Shown in pieces: positions 1-10,566 of a stretch of DNA of 64,000 nt. Position 1 is the first letter of the stretch; every line of letters begins with the position of its first letter. The stretch covers positions 2,875,091 through 2,939,090 of the forward strand of contig OZ253553.1 of NCBI GenBank assembly GCA_965262715.1, given 5' to 3'. The position numbers and the translations under genes are program-made. The notes under the pieces are model-generated. The model worked only from the letters and a program-made list of their open reading frames with translations. It was not told where the DNA came from and searched no databases. Origin of the DNA: Bdellovibrionales bacterium. Lineage in GTDB: Bacteria > Bdellovibrionota > Bdellovibrionia > Bdellovibrionales > JAUICD01.

Positions 1-909
1 AATCGTCAAAATTATGATTTACAATTTTTGCCTGTTATATCTCCTTATATAAGGAGTTTAATTTACCTTTCTTTATTTATTTGTTTGTTTTTTATTTATA
101 TTCCTGAACAAATAAATATTCTAATGAATTATTTTAGCATTAAAATGACAAATTATCATTTTAATGAACTTGCTTATCTCATTCTTTTTATTTCTGTAGC
201 TATTGGAGGATGGGCGACTCACGAGTTTGCTAAAAAAGGAGAAGGCACTCCTATTCCTTTAGATGAACCTCATTTTTTAGTGACTTCTGGGCCATATCTT
301 TTTATGTCCAACTCTATGCAAGTTTCTGGAATTTTGTTGACCATATCGATTCTTCTTTTTAATTTTAACTGGATAAATTTGATCTATCTTGTTGATGTTA
401 TACTTGTTGTCTGGTTGATATTTGAACGTTTTGAGAGCATACACCTCCATCGAGTTTACAAGGAAGCCTTTCGAAGATACCTTGAGTCAGTTCCTCCTTG
501 GAAGATTAAGTTTATAGCGCAAAAATTAGATAAAAAGTTAAGACCAACACTTTTTATAGATTCTGGATGTAAAATATGTGTTAGACTTTCTAAAAAGTTT
601 AAGAGATTTGACTTTTCTGATAACATCAAGATCAAATCATTAAATGATGTATCTAAAGAAGGCCATTATCACTTAGAGACTTTAGCTAAGTCTAAAACCA
701 CTATGATTTTTATCGAGCCAAGAGTTAGTAAAAATAGCCATCAACCACTTGACTTTCTTTACTCTATAAAAGGAAGGGCTGTTTTAAGATTATTTGGATA
801 TATGCCGGCTCCATTTTGTTTTATAGCTGCCTTTGAAGGAATTCATGGAATTCCTTTATTAACTGATTTATTCTATAATTTTTTTGCAAAAATGCGAAAA
901 TATATGTAA
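1..909 (+). CDS. ICMT/PEMT-like membrane methyltransferase fused to a C-terminal DCC1-like (DUF393) thiol-disulfide domain; 5' end probably lies outside the window
   Basis: GEGTPIP..LVTSGPY..NSMQ motif of the ICMT/PEMT family, then FIDSGCKIC (DxxCxxC). The frame is open back to base 1. Confidence 0.7.
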   Translation, partial: NRQNYDLQFLPVISPYIRSLIYLSLFICLFFIYIPEQINILMNYFSIKMTNYHFNELAYLILFISVAIGGWATHEFAKKGEGTPIPLDEPHFLVTSGPYLFMSNSMQVSGILLTISILLFNFNWINLIYLVDVILVVWLIFERFESIHLHRVYKEAFRRYLESVPPWKIKFIAQKLDKKLRPTLFIDSGCKICVRLSKKFKRFDFSDNIKIKSLNDVSKEGHYHLETLAKSKTTMIFIEPRVSKNSHQPLDFLYSIKGRAVLRLFGYMPAPFCFIAAFEGIHGIPLLTDLFYNFFAKMRKYM

Positions 910-929
910 TAAGCTATTTCTCAAAAATA

Positions 930-1121
930 GGTTTTGTATTTTGTTTTTACAAGTTAAAAGTTAAGGTAGCAAATCCGTACTACACGTACCACTGTACTAC
1001 AAAGGACTTCTGGCAAGTCCGGCAAAGAAGTTCATGGCAACTGTTTGTCGGATTGCCTGAAAAAGTATAGGTAATACAGGAACATTATACTAACACATAT
1101 AAATATTTGCGCAACAAAGCT
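930..1121. mobile_element. Degenerate IS903-type MITE remnant
   Basis: Right end TTTGCGCAACAAAGCT matches the IR of the IS at 35989-37304. The left end is poorly conserved. Confidence 0.4.
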
Positions 1122-1136
1122 CATCTGATTTATAAT

Positions 1137-3548
1137 TTAGATGGCAACTGGAATTGAGGACTTCCTTTTAAGCCTTGTGGAAGCTAATTTTGTTTTTGCT
1201 TTTCTTTCAAGAGCAACAGCTAAAACTTCATCGATATGCTTAACAGGTATAAATGTTATCTTTTGTCTTAATTCTTTAGGTATATCTATCAAGTCCTTTT
1301 TATTTTGAAAAGGGATAATAACACTCTTTGATCCATGTCTTAAAGCTGCAAGAACTTTATCTTTTAATCCTCCAATAGGAAGAATCCTTCCAGTAAGTGT
1401 CATTTCACCTGTCATAGCAATATCACTTTTCACACTGGTTTCTGTAATCAGAGAGATAATTGCTGTGGCGATAGTGATACCTGCAGAAGGACCATCTTTT
1501 GATATAGCACCTGCTGGCAGGTGGACATGAATTTCATGATCATCAAACCATTTATCAGGAATACCTAAAGCTTTTGCATGAGCTCTTGTATAGGCAAGTG
1601 CAGCCTGTGCGGATTCTTTCATTACATCTCCCAACTGACCTGTGAGAGTGATTTTGTTCTTTCCTTTCATTTTAAGAGCTTCAATATATAAAATTTCCCC
1701 TCCTACAGGAGTCCAAGCAAGCCCTGTGGCAACTCCTATACGATCTTCATTTTCCATGTCATCTCTAATAAACTTTGCTGGTCCTAAGAATTTGTCAATG
1801 TTATTTGATTTGATAACATATTTTTTATTTTTTTCACCTTTTACAATTTTCGTGGCTATTTTACGACAAATACTCTCAATTTCACGTTCTAAATTACGTA
1901 AGCCGGCCTCTCTAGTGTAATCAGAAATCAATGTTTGGAGTCCGCCATCAGTAAATTCTATGTTTTTCTTCTTATCAATACCATGAGCTTTTAATTGCTT
2001 TTCAATAAGATGTTTTTTAGAAATTAATAATTTTTCTTGTTCAGTATATCCAGATAAGTTAATGACTTCCATACGATCTCTTAAAACTTTAGGGATGTTT
2101 TCTAAAACATTTGCTGTTGCTAAAAACATCACCTTGCTTAAATCAAAATTCACATTTAAGTAATGGTCTCTAAAAGTATGATTTTGTTCAGGATCTAAAA
2201 CTTCTAAGAGCGCAGCACTTGGGTCTCCACGAAAGTCATTTCCTAATTTATCTATTTCATCTAGAACAAAGACAGGATTTTTAGATTTGGCATTTTTTAA
2301 AGCTTGTATAATCTTTCCAGGCATAGCTCCTACATAAGTACGTCTATGACCTCGTATTTCTGCTTCATCTTTTACACCACCTAATGAGACACGTTCATAT
2401 TTTCGTCCCATAGCTTTGGCAATACTCTTACCTAAAGATGTTTTACCGACTCCAGGAGGACCTGCAAAACACAAAATAGGACCTTTCATATCCTCTTTGA
2501 GTTGTCTAACAGCCAGAAATTCTAAAATCCTCTCTTTGACTTTTTCGATAGCATAATGATCGGTATCTAAAAATTGACGAGCATGTTCAATATTCAAATT
2601 ATCTACAGTTTCATGTTTCCATGGTAGTTCAATACACCAATCAATATATGTTTGAAGAATGGAGTTTTCACTAGCATCTGGGTGTGTCTTAGAAAGTCTG
2701 TGTAGTTGCTTGAGACATTCTTTTTCAACATCCTCAGGCATTCCAGCTTTTTTAATGCTTTCACGCAGTTCATCAATATCTTCACCTTTATAATCGACTT
2801 CTCCAAGTTCACTTTTAATGGCTCGTAATTGTTCACGTAAGAAATATTCTTTCTGTGTTTTACTCATTTCGTCCTTTGCCGTATTTTTGATTTTTTCTTG
2901 CATGGATAGAACTTCTAATTCATTTTTCAGATGTTCTAAAACTATCTTTAATCGATCTGCAGGATTCTCTGTTTCTAATATTTTTTGAGCATCTGGCACT
3001 TTAAGATCTAGGTTACTAGCAACTAAGTCGGCTGTTCTTCCTGGGTCAACTACATCATCAAGAACTAAAAGAATATCTGGTGAAAAGACTTTCCCATGAG
3101 CAATGATTCTTTCTAAAAAATCTTTTAAGTTTCTCATAATAGCTTCAGCCTCTAAATCGTGGCTCATGTTTTTATTTTGCTCCTTTTGAAAGCATTCTAC
3201 TTTAACTTCTAAATGAGGTTTTGTATGAATATATGAAGTGATTTTTCCTTTAGAAATACCTTGTATAAGTATTTTAATTCGACCATCTGATAACTTACGC
3301 ATTCTTGTGATCATACCTACAGTACCTACACTAAATATAGATTCAGGCACGGGGTCTTCGTCTATCATATTCTTTTGAGACGATAGAAAAATCAGTCTAT
3401 TTCTAGAAAGAGACTCTTCTACAGCTTTTATAGAAGATTCACGTCCTATAAAGAGAGGTAAAATCATATAAGGAAATATCACAATGTCTCGGACAGGTAA
3501 TAAAGGCATATTTTCAGAAATCTCTATATTTGAGTCATCAAATATCAT
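1137..3548 (-). CDS. lon: Lon ATP-dependent protease
   Basis: LON N-domain, Walker A GPPGVGKT, KDGPSAG catalytic Ser, PIGGLKDK. Confidence 0.97.
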   Translation of the reverse strand: MIFDDSNIEISENMPLLPVRDIVIFPYMILPLFIGRESSIKAVEESLSRNRLIFLSSQKNMIDEDPVPESIFSVGTVGMITRMRKLSDGRIKILIQGISKGKITSYIHTKPHLEVKVECFQKEQNKNMSHDLEAEAIMRNLKDFLERIIAHGKVFSPDILLVLDDVVDPGRTADLVASNLDLKVPDAQKILETENPADRLKIVLEHLKNELEVLSMQEKIKNTAKDEMSKTQKEYFLREQLRAIKSELGEVDYKGEDIDELRESIKKAGMPEDVEKECLKQLHRLSKTHPDASENSILQTYIDWCIELPWKHETVDNLNIEHARQFLDTDHYAIEKVKERILEFLAVRQLKEDMKGPILCFAGPPGVGKTSLGKSIAKAMGRKYERVSLGGVKDEAEIRGHRRTYVGAMPGKIIQALKNAKSKNPVFVLDEIDKLGNDFRGDPSAALLEVLDPEQNHTFRDHYLNVNFDLSKVMFLATANVLENIPKVLRDRMEVINLSGYTEQEKLLISKKHLIEKQLKAHGIDKKKNIEFTDGGLQTLISDYTREAGLRNLEREIESICRKIATKIVKGEKNKKYVIKSNNIDKFLGPAKFIRDDMENEDRIGVATGLAWTPVGGEILYIEALKMKGKNKITLTGQLGDVMKESAQAALAYTRAHAKALGIPDKWFDDHEIHVHLPAGAISKDGPSAGITIATAIISLITETSVKSDIAMTGEMTLTGRILPIGGLKDKVLAALRHGSKSVIIPFQNKKDLIDIPKELRQKITFIPVKHIDEVLAVALERKAKTKLASTRLKRKSSIPVAI

Positions 3549-3912
3549 GGGGTGTTTTCTCCTCGTCTTAATTTTTGTTTCATCAATATCTAGGGTATTC
3601 TTAAATTTACTTAAAGCTTATGCTTCTTATAAAAATATTCGGAGCATATAAAGGATGGCTTAACCTCAAAAAGACCTAAAAATAACTAAATGATGATTTG
3701 AAAATAGAACATAGGTATAGAATAGAAGCTATTACTGTTTTGATGTAAATCATTGAAGTTACAAATTATTTCTTATTAAGTCTTTTTTGGCATCTAGCAA
3801 AATGGACTTGGCATGATCATTCTCATTCTCATTCAATCTTACATTTGCAAGCACTTTATACTGAATACCAGATGAAATAAGAGTTGTAAAAGCTAATGAT
3901 AAGGATGAACAG

Positions 3913-4178
3913 AGGCTTGTCGCACGAATCTGACCTTAGGGCAATGGTTTTGAGGTTTAGGAAATAAAGTGAAGACTCAGCTCAATTAGGCAGACTGACA
4001 GCAGCCCCAGACAGGTGCTGCCAGTTTATGAGACTGTATTGATTACTTGAGAAGTGTTTGTAATGTATTGGCACACTTATTTATAACAAATTCATAGTTT
4101 TTGAGATGGCTTCTATATTATGAGCTACAAGTCTTAGTATATATAAGCAGTTACAAGCGATGTTTGTGCAATAAGGTT
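3913..4178. mobile_element. MITE with IS903-like terminal inverted repeats and a different interior
   Basis: AGGCTTGTCGCACGAA ... TTTGTGCAATAAGGTT ends, no ORF, internal GC-rich hairpin ACTGACAGCA/TGCTGCCAGT. Confidence 0.6.
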
Positions 4179-4186
4179 GTTGAAAT

Positions 4187-4561
4187 CTATCCAATGTATT
4201 GCCTTTGAACAGATTCTCTCATCTCTGCTCCTTCAACACTCATTCTTGCCCAAGGAATAGCATGTAATCTTGCAGCGTCAATAGGTTCCTCTGTCTCTTC
4301 ACAGATACCATAAGTCCCTTTGGCAATTTTTGCTAAGGCGTCTTCTATTTCATGAAGCTGATGTCTTGTTCTCTTTTGGGCGTTGACAACTTCTGATTCT
4401 ATAAGGCTTTTTACAGCTTGATCTGTTTCATCTCCACCCTTTTCTATACTGTTTTTTTGCAATTTTTCACGATTAGAACGTGACATATTCATCAATTTTG
4501 TTTTCTTTTTCAATAAATTTTGACGGCACTCTTCAATAAATTCCGCAGAATGAACAGTCAT
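4187..4561 (-). CDS. dksA: DksA/TraR family transcription factor (single-Cys variant)
   Basis: GDETDQA coiled-coil tip and GTYGICEETEEPI..RL.AIPWAR. The ATG at 4561 is preferred over the longer called ORF. Confidence 0.88.
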   Translation of the reverse strand: MTVHSAEFIEECRQNLLKKKTKLMNMSRSNREKLQKNSIEKGGDETDQAVKSLIESEVVNAQKRTRHQLHEIEDALAKIAKGTYGICEETEEPIDAARLHAIPWARMSVEGAEMRESVQRQYIG

Positions 4562-4985
4562 GATTTTCCCCTTTTTTTTAAAAACATATTTATTATTTAT
4601 ACTTTTGGTTTGTGACAAGGTGTCTTATAAGATTGGTTAATTATTTATTAAAATTAAATTATCATAGCTATAAAATAAAAAATCAATTTCTATATCTTTC
4701 ATCTAAGATCTTTGTAGTGAAAGCATAAAAAATCATAAAAACTATTAGATAATCGGGTTTTTACAAAAAATCTTTACTAAAAAAACATATTTATTATGAA
4801 GATTTCTTAATAAGGTATGAGGCAAATAGCCTGCCCAAGCTGTCATAAAGTTAGACGTCTATATATTATTATGACATTCTATTTTAACATTTACTCCTCC
4901 TTCGTCTATAGGCTTTCAAAGAGTTTAACATCTAACTGCTTAATATTAGAAGGAAAACACTGAAAAACATTTTTTTTTGAGATAT

Positions 4986-5001
4986 TGGCACACTTTTGGC
5001 T
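4986..5001 (+). promoter_or_regulatory. Possible sigma54 (-24/-12) promoter
   Basis: TGGCAC-N5-TGGCT upstream of the 5037 ORF, with one mismatch to TTGC. Confidence 0.35.
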
Positions 5002-5036
5002 TGTATAAAATAAAGGTATAAAAACAAGGAGAGAAA

Positions 5037-5255
5037 ATGAAAAGATTATTTTGTTTAATGTCTACTATTATTATAACAAGTTTTGCATCATCTACTTTTG
5101 CTAATTCAATGTGTTCTCAGCAATGGGGAGGAGAAAGCATTTTTACTAATTCTAATCAAGTAAAACAAAACAGTTCTGGAAATCAAAATCCAGGTCAGGG
5201 AATTAATGAGCAGAAATCTCGTCGTTCATCAAGTAGCACTCATCGCAGAAAGTAA
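5037..5255 (+). CDS. Small secreted hypothetical protein
   Basis: AGGAG RBS and a signal peptide ending TFA. Confidence 0.65.
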   Translation: MKRLFCLMSTIIITSFASSTFANSMCSQQWGGESIFTNSNQVKQNSSGNQNPGQGINEQKSRRSSSSTHRRK

Positions 5256-5307
5256 TCTTATATAGTGATTCTTAGCTCTAGTTACTGATTAAATAATGGA
5301 ACTTGTT

Positions 5308-5727
5308 TTATTTCTCACTAGAGCTGTTAGGACTTTGGGTTGTTTTGGTTCCTGATATAACACCTTTGATACCATCAAAAACAACTTTCTGATCTATGAG
5401 TTTTTTAGGATCTACTATATCAAATGTTTCATTTGGGGAATCAGAAATAGGTTTTTCAAGCCTTTTTACCCTAAGCATTGATTCTTTTATGCTTTTAGGT
5501 GTATATTCTTCGAGAGGGTTTGTGTCTGCATTTGTTAGCTTCTGTTTTGTAAATTTCCGAAGATAAAAAATACCTACATGCGCAATATCATTGATATAAA
5601 AACCTAGTGCTGTTTGTTCAATCGATCTGTTGATCTTTTCAGCACAGCTAATTCCTTTAATTTTTATGGTATGTAAAGTCAATGAAATGATGAATGCGCA
5701 GAATATTTGCCCTATATAAAATAACAT
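5308..5727 (-). CDS. Hypothetical protein with N-terminal hydrophobic segment
   Basis: 139-aa ORF with GAGG RBS. Confidence 0.5.
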   Translation of the reverse strand: MLFYIGQIFCAFIISLTLHTIKIKGISCAEKINRSIEQTALGFYINDIAHVGIFYLRKFTKQKLTNADTNPLEEYTPKSIKESMLRVKRLEKPISDSPNETFDIVDPKKLIDQKVVFDGIKGVISGTKTTQSPNSSSEK

Positions 5728-5852
5728 CTAAATCACCTCTTATAAAAAATAAATCGGTCTTTTTTTATTTTTTTCAATTATATATTAAAAAAATATGTCT
5801 AAGATTCATATATGTGCATATAATTGTAATTATACAACAATGGTGATTATTT

Positions 5853-6479
5853 ATGAAAGATCATGGGTTTATTTATAAAATTTTCTCTTTATTTGTCGGG
5901 TTATCTGGGCTTCAAGCCTATGGTTTTATTTTTGGAGTATTATTTTTGTGTGGAATAGGGCTACCTGTTCCTGAAGACCTAACACTTATTGCTGCAGGGT
6001 ATTTATCTGGCGAAGGCTCTATCTCTTTTGTAGGAGCTCTATTAGTAGGCTTTATAGGTGTTTTAGCAGGTGATATTCTGCTTTTCACAATAGGCTATCG
6101 ATTTGGAGATCAAGTCTTTAAGTGGCCTATCTTTGTCAAAGTTTTTACACCTCCTCGTATACAAAAGGCAAAATACCGGATTAATAAAAATGCAAAACTT
6201 ATTTGTTTCACTGCTCGGTTTGCTCCAGGATTGAGAGCAGCTATCTATTTGACAGCAGGGACACTTAAGGTACCATTTAAAGTATTTATATTTCAAGATG
6301 GACTAGCTGCATTGGCTAGCGTACCATTTTGGGTTTGGACAGGTTATAAGTTTCATGAACATCGTGAAAAGGCACTTGAAGTATTGACACAAGTTCATAT
6401 TTATCTTTTTATCTTTGTTGCTTTTATTTTTAGTTATCTCTTATGGAAATGGATATATAAAGATAAAAAATCTGTCTAA
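5853..6479 (+). CDS. dedA: DedA family membrane protein
   Basis: GLPVPEDLTLIAAG, GD..F.IG and ARFAPGLR motifs. Confidence 0.92.
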   Translation: MKDHGFIYKIFSLFVGLSGLQAYGFIFGVLFLCGIGLPVPEDLTLIAAGYLSGEGSISFVGALLVGFIGVLAGDILLFTIGYRFGDQVFKWPIFVKVFTPPRIQKAKYRINKNAKLICFTARFAPGLRAAIYLTAGTLKVPFKVFIFQDGLAALASVPFWVWTGYKFHEHREKALEVLTQVHIYLFIFVAFIFSYLLWKWIYKDKKSV

Positions 6480-6779
6480 TAAAAAAATATTTATATCTCA
6501 AAAAAGCACACAATTTTTGTTCTAAAAATTAAATTAAAAATAAAAAATTTAAGAAAAATTATATAAATTCAGATAAGATAATTAAGAAGAGTATCATATT
6601 TATAATTTTCATCTGCGCACTTTAGCATAATCTTAACAACATCAATGATTTAAGCCAATCAACTTAGATAGAACCAAAAATTGATGTTTTTACAAACTTG
6701 TTACATCTTGTATCTTAGATTTTGACATCCTTTGATTTAAAAAATTTATTAAATTATTTTTTTAATAAGGAATTTTAAA

Positions 6780-7985
6780 GTGCAAGTCAGTAAATTAGCA
6801 TTTCAAATGAAGGTATGTTGTTTCATTTTAATTATTTTTGTATTGATGTATAAGATGAATACCATAGTGGTTAAAGCTGATACACGGGGTGAAACATGGA
6901 GCATAAAAACGGCGGTAGACAACTTTGTTGTAAAGAAAGGTGCTAGAGGGCAATATTTTATCAATGGAAGAAAAGTTCATTTAAATACCTTTAATGAATT
7001 GAAGGATTTTGTTGATAATAAGTTGTCGTTTGCTGATGAAGATATAGGAGATAATGAAGATTCATGTTCAAAACCAAGTGGGGCACCTGACCTGCAGATT
7101 TTAAAGACAACAGGAAATCAAAAGAAAAAAATCTTAGTGTATATTGACGAGCGTCTCCTCATTGTCAATCACAGGTGTTCTTCAATAGAAGGAAATGGCA
7201 TTTTTGCTCTTCCTATGCATCGTGAATGGTATATTGGAACTAAAACAGTAAATATCAAGATAGGAACTCAAAGAAGATTAGTGTTTAGTGATTCAAAACC
7301 TATAGTATACAGAGAAAGCACAAATTCTCAGGATAGAACGGTGAAACTCCTTGTGAGTGGTCCGATGCTTGATTGGAGTAAAATTGATCTTTTTGAGAAA
7401 AAATTAAAATCTATAGAAATTTCAGGAAGACGGCATTTATCTTATATTAAAGATAGGCCTAGCTTTACTTTTATTACAAATAATAGAGAGTACACATTTT
7501 ATGAAATTCGAGATCCAGAGCTTGTATGGGTTTTAAAATTACCGGATAAACCATTTCTCATCTTATCTGAATCATTTAGTTGGCGTGAGTTTAATTTAGA
7601 ATATGTTGCAGATCTGAAAGCTGACATTATCAATACTTTACAAAACTCTGAAAGTGCAGAAAATAAACGTATAAGGGCTCTTAAGACATTGAAGAACTAT
7701 TGGAATCCGTCTTTTCAAGAAATACTATTTACTATTTTCAAAGATGAAGATGAGTCAAGTCAATTACGTAAGGAGATTGCAGAGTTCTTAATTCAAAAAC
7801 CAACATCTTTAAATAAAGAAACTTTATTAAATGCGCTTATTGTAACGCAAAACCCTTCCTTGAGAGAGTATATTTCTATGCGGTTAAGAATTTTTTATCC
7901 TAAGGGAAAAGCTATCTCTGCAAATGATGATGATTATACAGTCACGGAAAAGATGAATACTTGGAGAGGTTTTCAACCTCAATAA
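6780..7985 (+). CDS. Hypothetical exported protein with C-terminal HEAT-like helical repeats
   Basis: N-terminal hydrophobic helix; R..AL..L and LR..IA..L helical repeats at the C-terminus. Confidence 0.55.
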   Translation: MQVSKLAFQMKVCCFILIIFVLMYKMNTIVVKADTRGETWSIKTAVDNFVVKKGARGQYFINGRKVHLNTFNELKDFVDNKLSFADEDIGDNEDSCSKPSGAPDLQILKTTGNQKKKILVYIDERLLIVNHRCSSIEGNGIFALPMHREWYIGTKTVNIKIGTQRRLVFSDSKPIVYRESTNSQDRTVKLLVSGPMLDWSKIDLFEKKLKSIEISGRRHLSYIKDRPSFTFITNNREYTFYEIRDPELVWVLKLPDKPFLILSESFSWREFNLEYVADLKADIINTLQNSESAENKRIRALKTLKNYWNPSFQEILFTIFKDEDESSQLRKEIAEFLIQKPTSLNKETLLNALIVTQNPSLREYISMRLRIFYPKGKAISANDDDYTVTEKMNTWRGFQPQ

Positions 7986-8029
7986 ATATACATATTGAAA
8001 GAGTAGTTACAGTTGGCCTTCTTGTTGGC

Positions 8030-8416
8030 TCATAGCTTCATATCTTTGATGATTGGGGTTAATATATGACCTTCAAACACAGAACCAGGAAAAACCTCTC
8101 TTGTCACAACCACTGCTAAACAAACTTGAGACTCTTTAAACTTAGCATTTTTACGGTAACCCTTCTGACGTAAATCATCTTCAATAATCAATTCAAAGTA
8201 CAAGGTTGTACAATCAAAAAATAAAACCTTCAAAGGTTCTTTAAAAACCCTTTGAACTGCTTGACTTGCCAATTTGTTATCTTATTTATCCTCGTAAATA
8301 ACTTTGTACACTACACTTTTTGGCAAAATCCAATAACCGATAACTGCTAATAACTATAAATACAACATTCTGTGTAAAAAATATGAAGAAAATTCAAATT
8401 AACTGTCAAACTCAGG
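8030..8416 (-). pseudogene. Internally deleted IS1634-family remnant
   Basis: Peptide VLFFDCTTLYFE..QVCLAVVVT matches the transposase at 29128-30789; terminal IR CTGTCAAACTCAGG ends at 8416. Confidence 0.85.
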
Positions 8417-8500
8417 AGCGCATTGGAATCAAGTGTCTTTTCACTCAGTTTGAAAAATATTTCTTAACATAAAGCTTTATATTATGCTTTCATAAAAGTT

Positions 8501-9742
8501 ATGTGGGAGCAACATTGGATATATCTCTATAAAAACATTAGGGTTCTATTTTATTTTTATTGCTTTATTTTTACCTTTGTTTTGGTAAAAGACCTTTTAG
8601 CTTCTCAAGCAAATGATCCAAACTTTCATCAAGATTCTTGCCGTGAGTATGCTAATGGAGAGGAGAGAATCTTATCTGTGCCTTTTGTTGATATAGGGGC
8701 TTTTCCTATGTCTGTGTTTTCGATGCAATGTCATTATAAAATAAAAAGACAAACAAGTCAGACTTACACGGCTTCCATAGCTTTAGAGTTTTCTCCAAGT
8801 TTGGCGTACTTTAATGGGCCTGTCCCCACAGATCAAGTGCATAAACACTATTTGCAAAAAGTAAAAAATTGCATAGCAAAGAGCAATCATAAAATAATAG
8901 GGGTAAATGGAAAACAAATTCTTATTGATATTGAGGATGCTAAGGTAGCAAGAGAAACCAACTCTTCAACACCTCGGCATTCTATTCAAATCCACACTCA
9001 TTATAATATACCATCTTCTTTTAAGAGCTTTAATGCTTATATTGGTTGCCCTTCGATATTTCATGAAATACTGCACTATTTCTGTTTAGGTGATGAATAC
9101 AGTTTCCATCTTAGTAACTTTTTTCGCTTAGCATCACAATATACAGAAGATAGACTATTGTTTGATTGCCGAGTGACTCAAACAAATAGCATTATGAGTG
9201 ATAGTATAAGATGGTCAATGGTACTTGATGATCCATTAGATCATGGGTTCCAGTGGCGTTCACCTCTTCATCGCGAAGAGCCTACTTTTTTTAATGAAGA
9301 TATAGAATACTCTCTTCTTGATCCAACACATTTTAATGCTATTCTCTATGGAAATTGTTCAAGTAGGGATGATGTCAGACATTATAGAGAATGTATGCGT
9401 TTAGCTTTTCAAGATTCTAGTTTGAATTTTAATTGCTTAAGTCAAAAACATCAATGTGAAAACTTGAACTTACTAGGCCGTGATAAAAACAAAGAGCTTG
9501 CAAGATTATATACTGAATCCTATTTGTTACAATTAGATCTTGGGAGGACAAATGAGGATTTAGTAGAAAATCTTTTTAAACGCTTTTCTTATGATCCCTC
9601 TAATCATGATCTTTCGATATTCCAATATGGATATATAGCGTATGATCATGGATATTTATTATATCTTAAAGAAGGATATGAAAAGGAAATAGAAGAGTTA
9701 AATAGAAGAATCCATAATGTACAAAACTGGCCTGATGAGTGA
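8501..9742 (+). CDS. Secreted zinc metallopeptidase-like protein
   Basis: HEILHYFCLGDEY (HExxHxxxxxDEY), downstream NSIMS Met-turn-like motif, N-terminal hydrophobic segment. Confidence 0.6.
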   Translation: MWEQHWIYLYKNIRVLFYFYCFIFTFVLVKDLLASQANDPNFHQDSCREYANGEERILSVPFVDIGAFPMSVFSMQCHYKIKRQTSQTYTASIALEFSPSLAYFNGPVPTDQVHKHYLQKVKNCIAKSNHKIIGVNGKQILIDIEDAKVARETNSSTPRHSIQIHTHYNIPSSFKSFNAYIGCPSIFHEILHYFCLGDEYSFHLSNFFRLASQYTEDRLLFDCRVTQTNSIMSDSIRWSMVLDDPLDHGFQWRSPLHREEPTFFNEDIEYSLLDPTHFNAILYGNCSSRDDVRHYRECMRLAFQDSSLNFNCLSQKHQCENLNLLGRDKNKELARLYTESYLLQLDLGRTNEDLVENLFKRFSYDPSNHDLSIFQYGYIAYDHGYLLYLKEGYEKEIEELNRRIHNVQNWPDE

Positions 9743-9786
9743 CAGTATGAACCGTTAGACTTACTGCCGGAAAGTGGTCAGAGGCA
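9740..9786 (+). repeat. 3' half of the nested-hairpin repeat family
   Basis: TGACAG..GTTAGACTTACTGCCGGAAAGTGGTCAGAGGC matches the reverse complement of 24597-24643. Confidence 0.7.
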
Positions 9787-9805
9787 GTTTTATTGAAAAT
9801 AGCTT

Positions 9806-10417
9806 CTAATTTTTTGAAATGTTGTGTTTGTTTTTGAGGTCAAGGTGCCATTGATCTATTCGATCTTTTGCCCTTTGTTGACTTAATGCTTTTTTAATCT
9901 GACCACTCACATTTGAAAAACTTGTACCATCATAATTGTTTTTATTTTCTTGATAATAATTTACAGCCTCTTCATCTGTTATAGGAATTAAAGAGGACTG
10001 CTCTTTGAACTTTATAAACTTCTTAGCACGTAGTTTTCTTTGTATTGAAGATACCAATTCAGATCTTGAAACCTGCAAATCTTTCCATAAACTGAATAAA
10101 TCTTTTTTTGAGGATAACTGAGTTTGAAATCTTGTAAGCTCAGATATAACCTCTCTTTTAGAAATACGACTTAAAGCAAAAATTTGAGCCTCTTTATCAA
10201 TAGCATATTCTAACAGCACTTGATCTGTGTGCAGTTTAAGTTCTGGCAGGGGCTTGTTAAATAAAACAGATTCAATAATTCTGTCTATTTCAATGTCACG
10301 ACTTGTGATAACTTGGTCTGCTGATGTTCCAACAATGTTCAATATCGTATCTGCAAATAATAATTGGTGAAAACAGAAGACCCCTATTATTAAAACTAAA
10401 GTGTTATATGATTTCAT
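9806..10417 (-). CDS. SurA/PrsA-like periplasmic chaperone (no PPIase domain)
   Basis: Signal peptide, IVG...VITSRD, ITDEEAVNYYQENK, W..DLK.K..I. Confidence 0.6.
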   Translation of the reverse strand: MKSYNTLVLIIGVFCFHQLLFADTILNIVGTSADQVITSRDIEIDRIIESVLFNKPLPELKLHTDQVLLEYAIDKEAQIFALSRISKREVISELTRFQTQLSSKKDLFSLWKDLQVSRSELVSSIQRKLRAKKFIKFKEQSSLIPITDEEAVNYYQENKNNYDGTSFSNVSGQIKKALSQQRAKDRIDQWHLDLKNKHNISKN

Positions 10418-10566
10418 GGGACTTTTATCCTTTAAAGAGCCTTCTTTGAGCTTACCACATCAAATAAAGTATAACAGTTATTTCAAAAAAATGACTACTG
10501 AAAAAAAGTAAAACTGATTTTAGAGAAATAGCTCATTATGGCTTTGTCATTTAAAAGATAGAGTTA

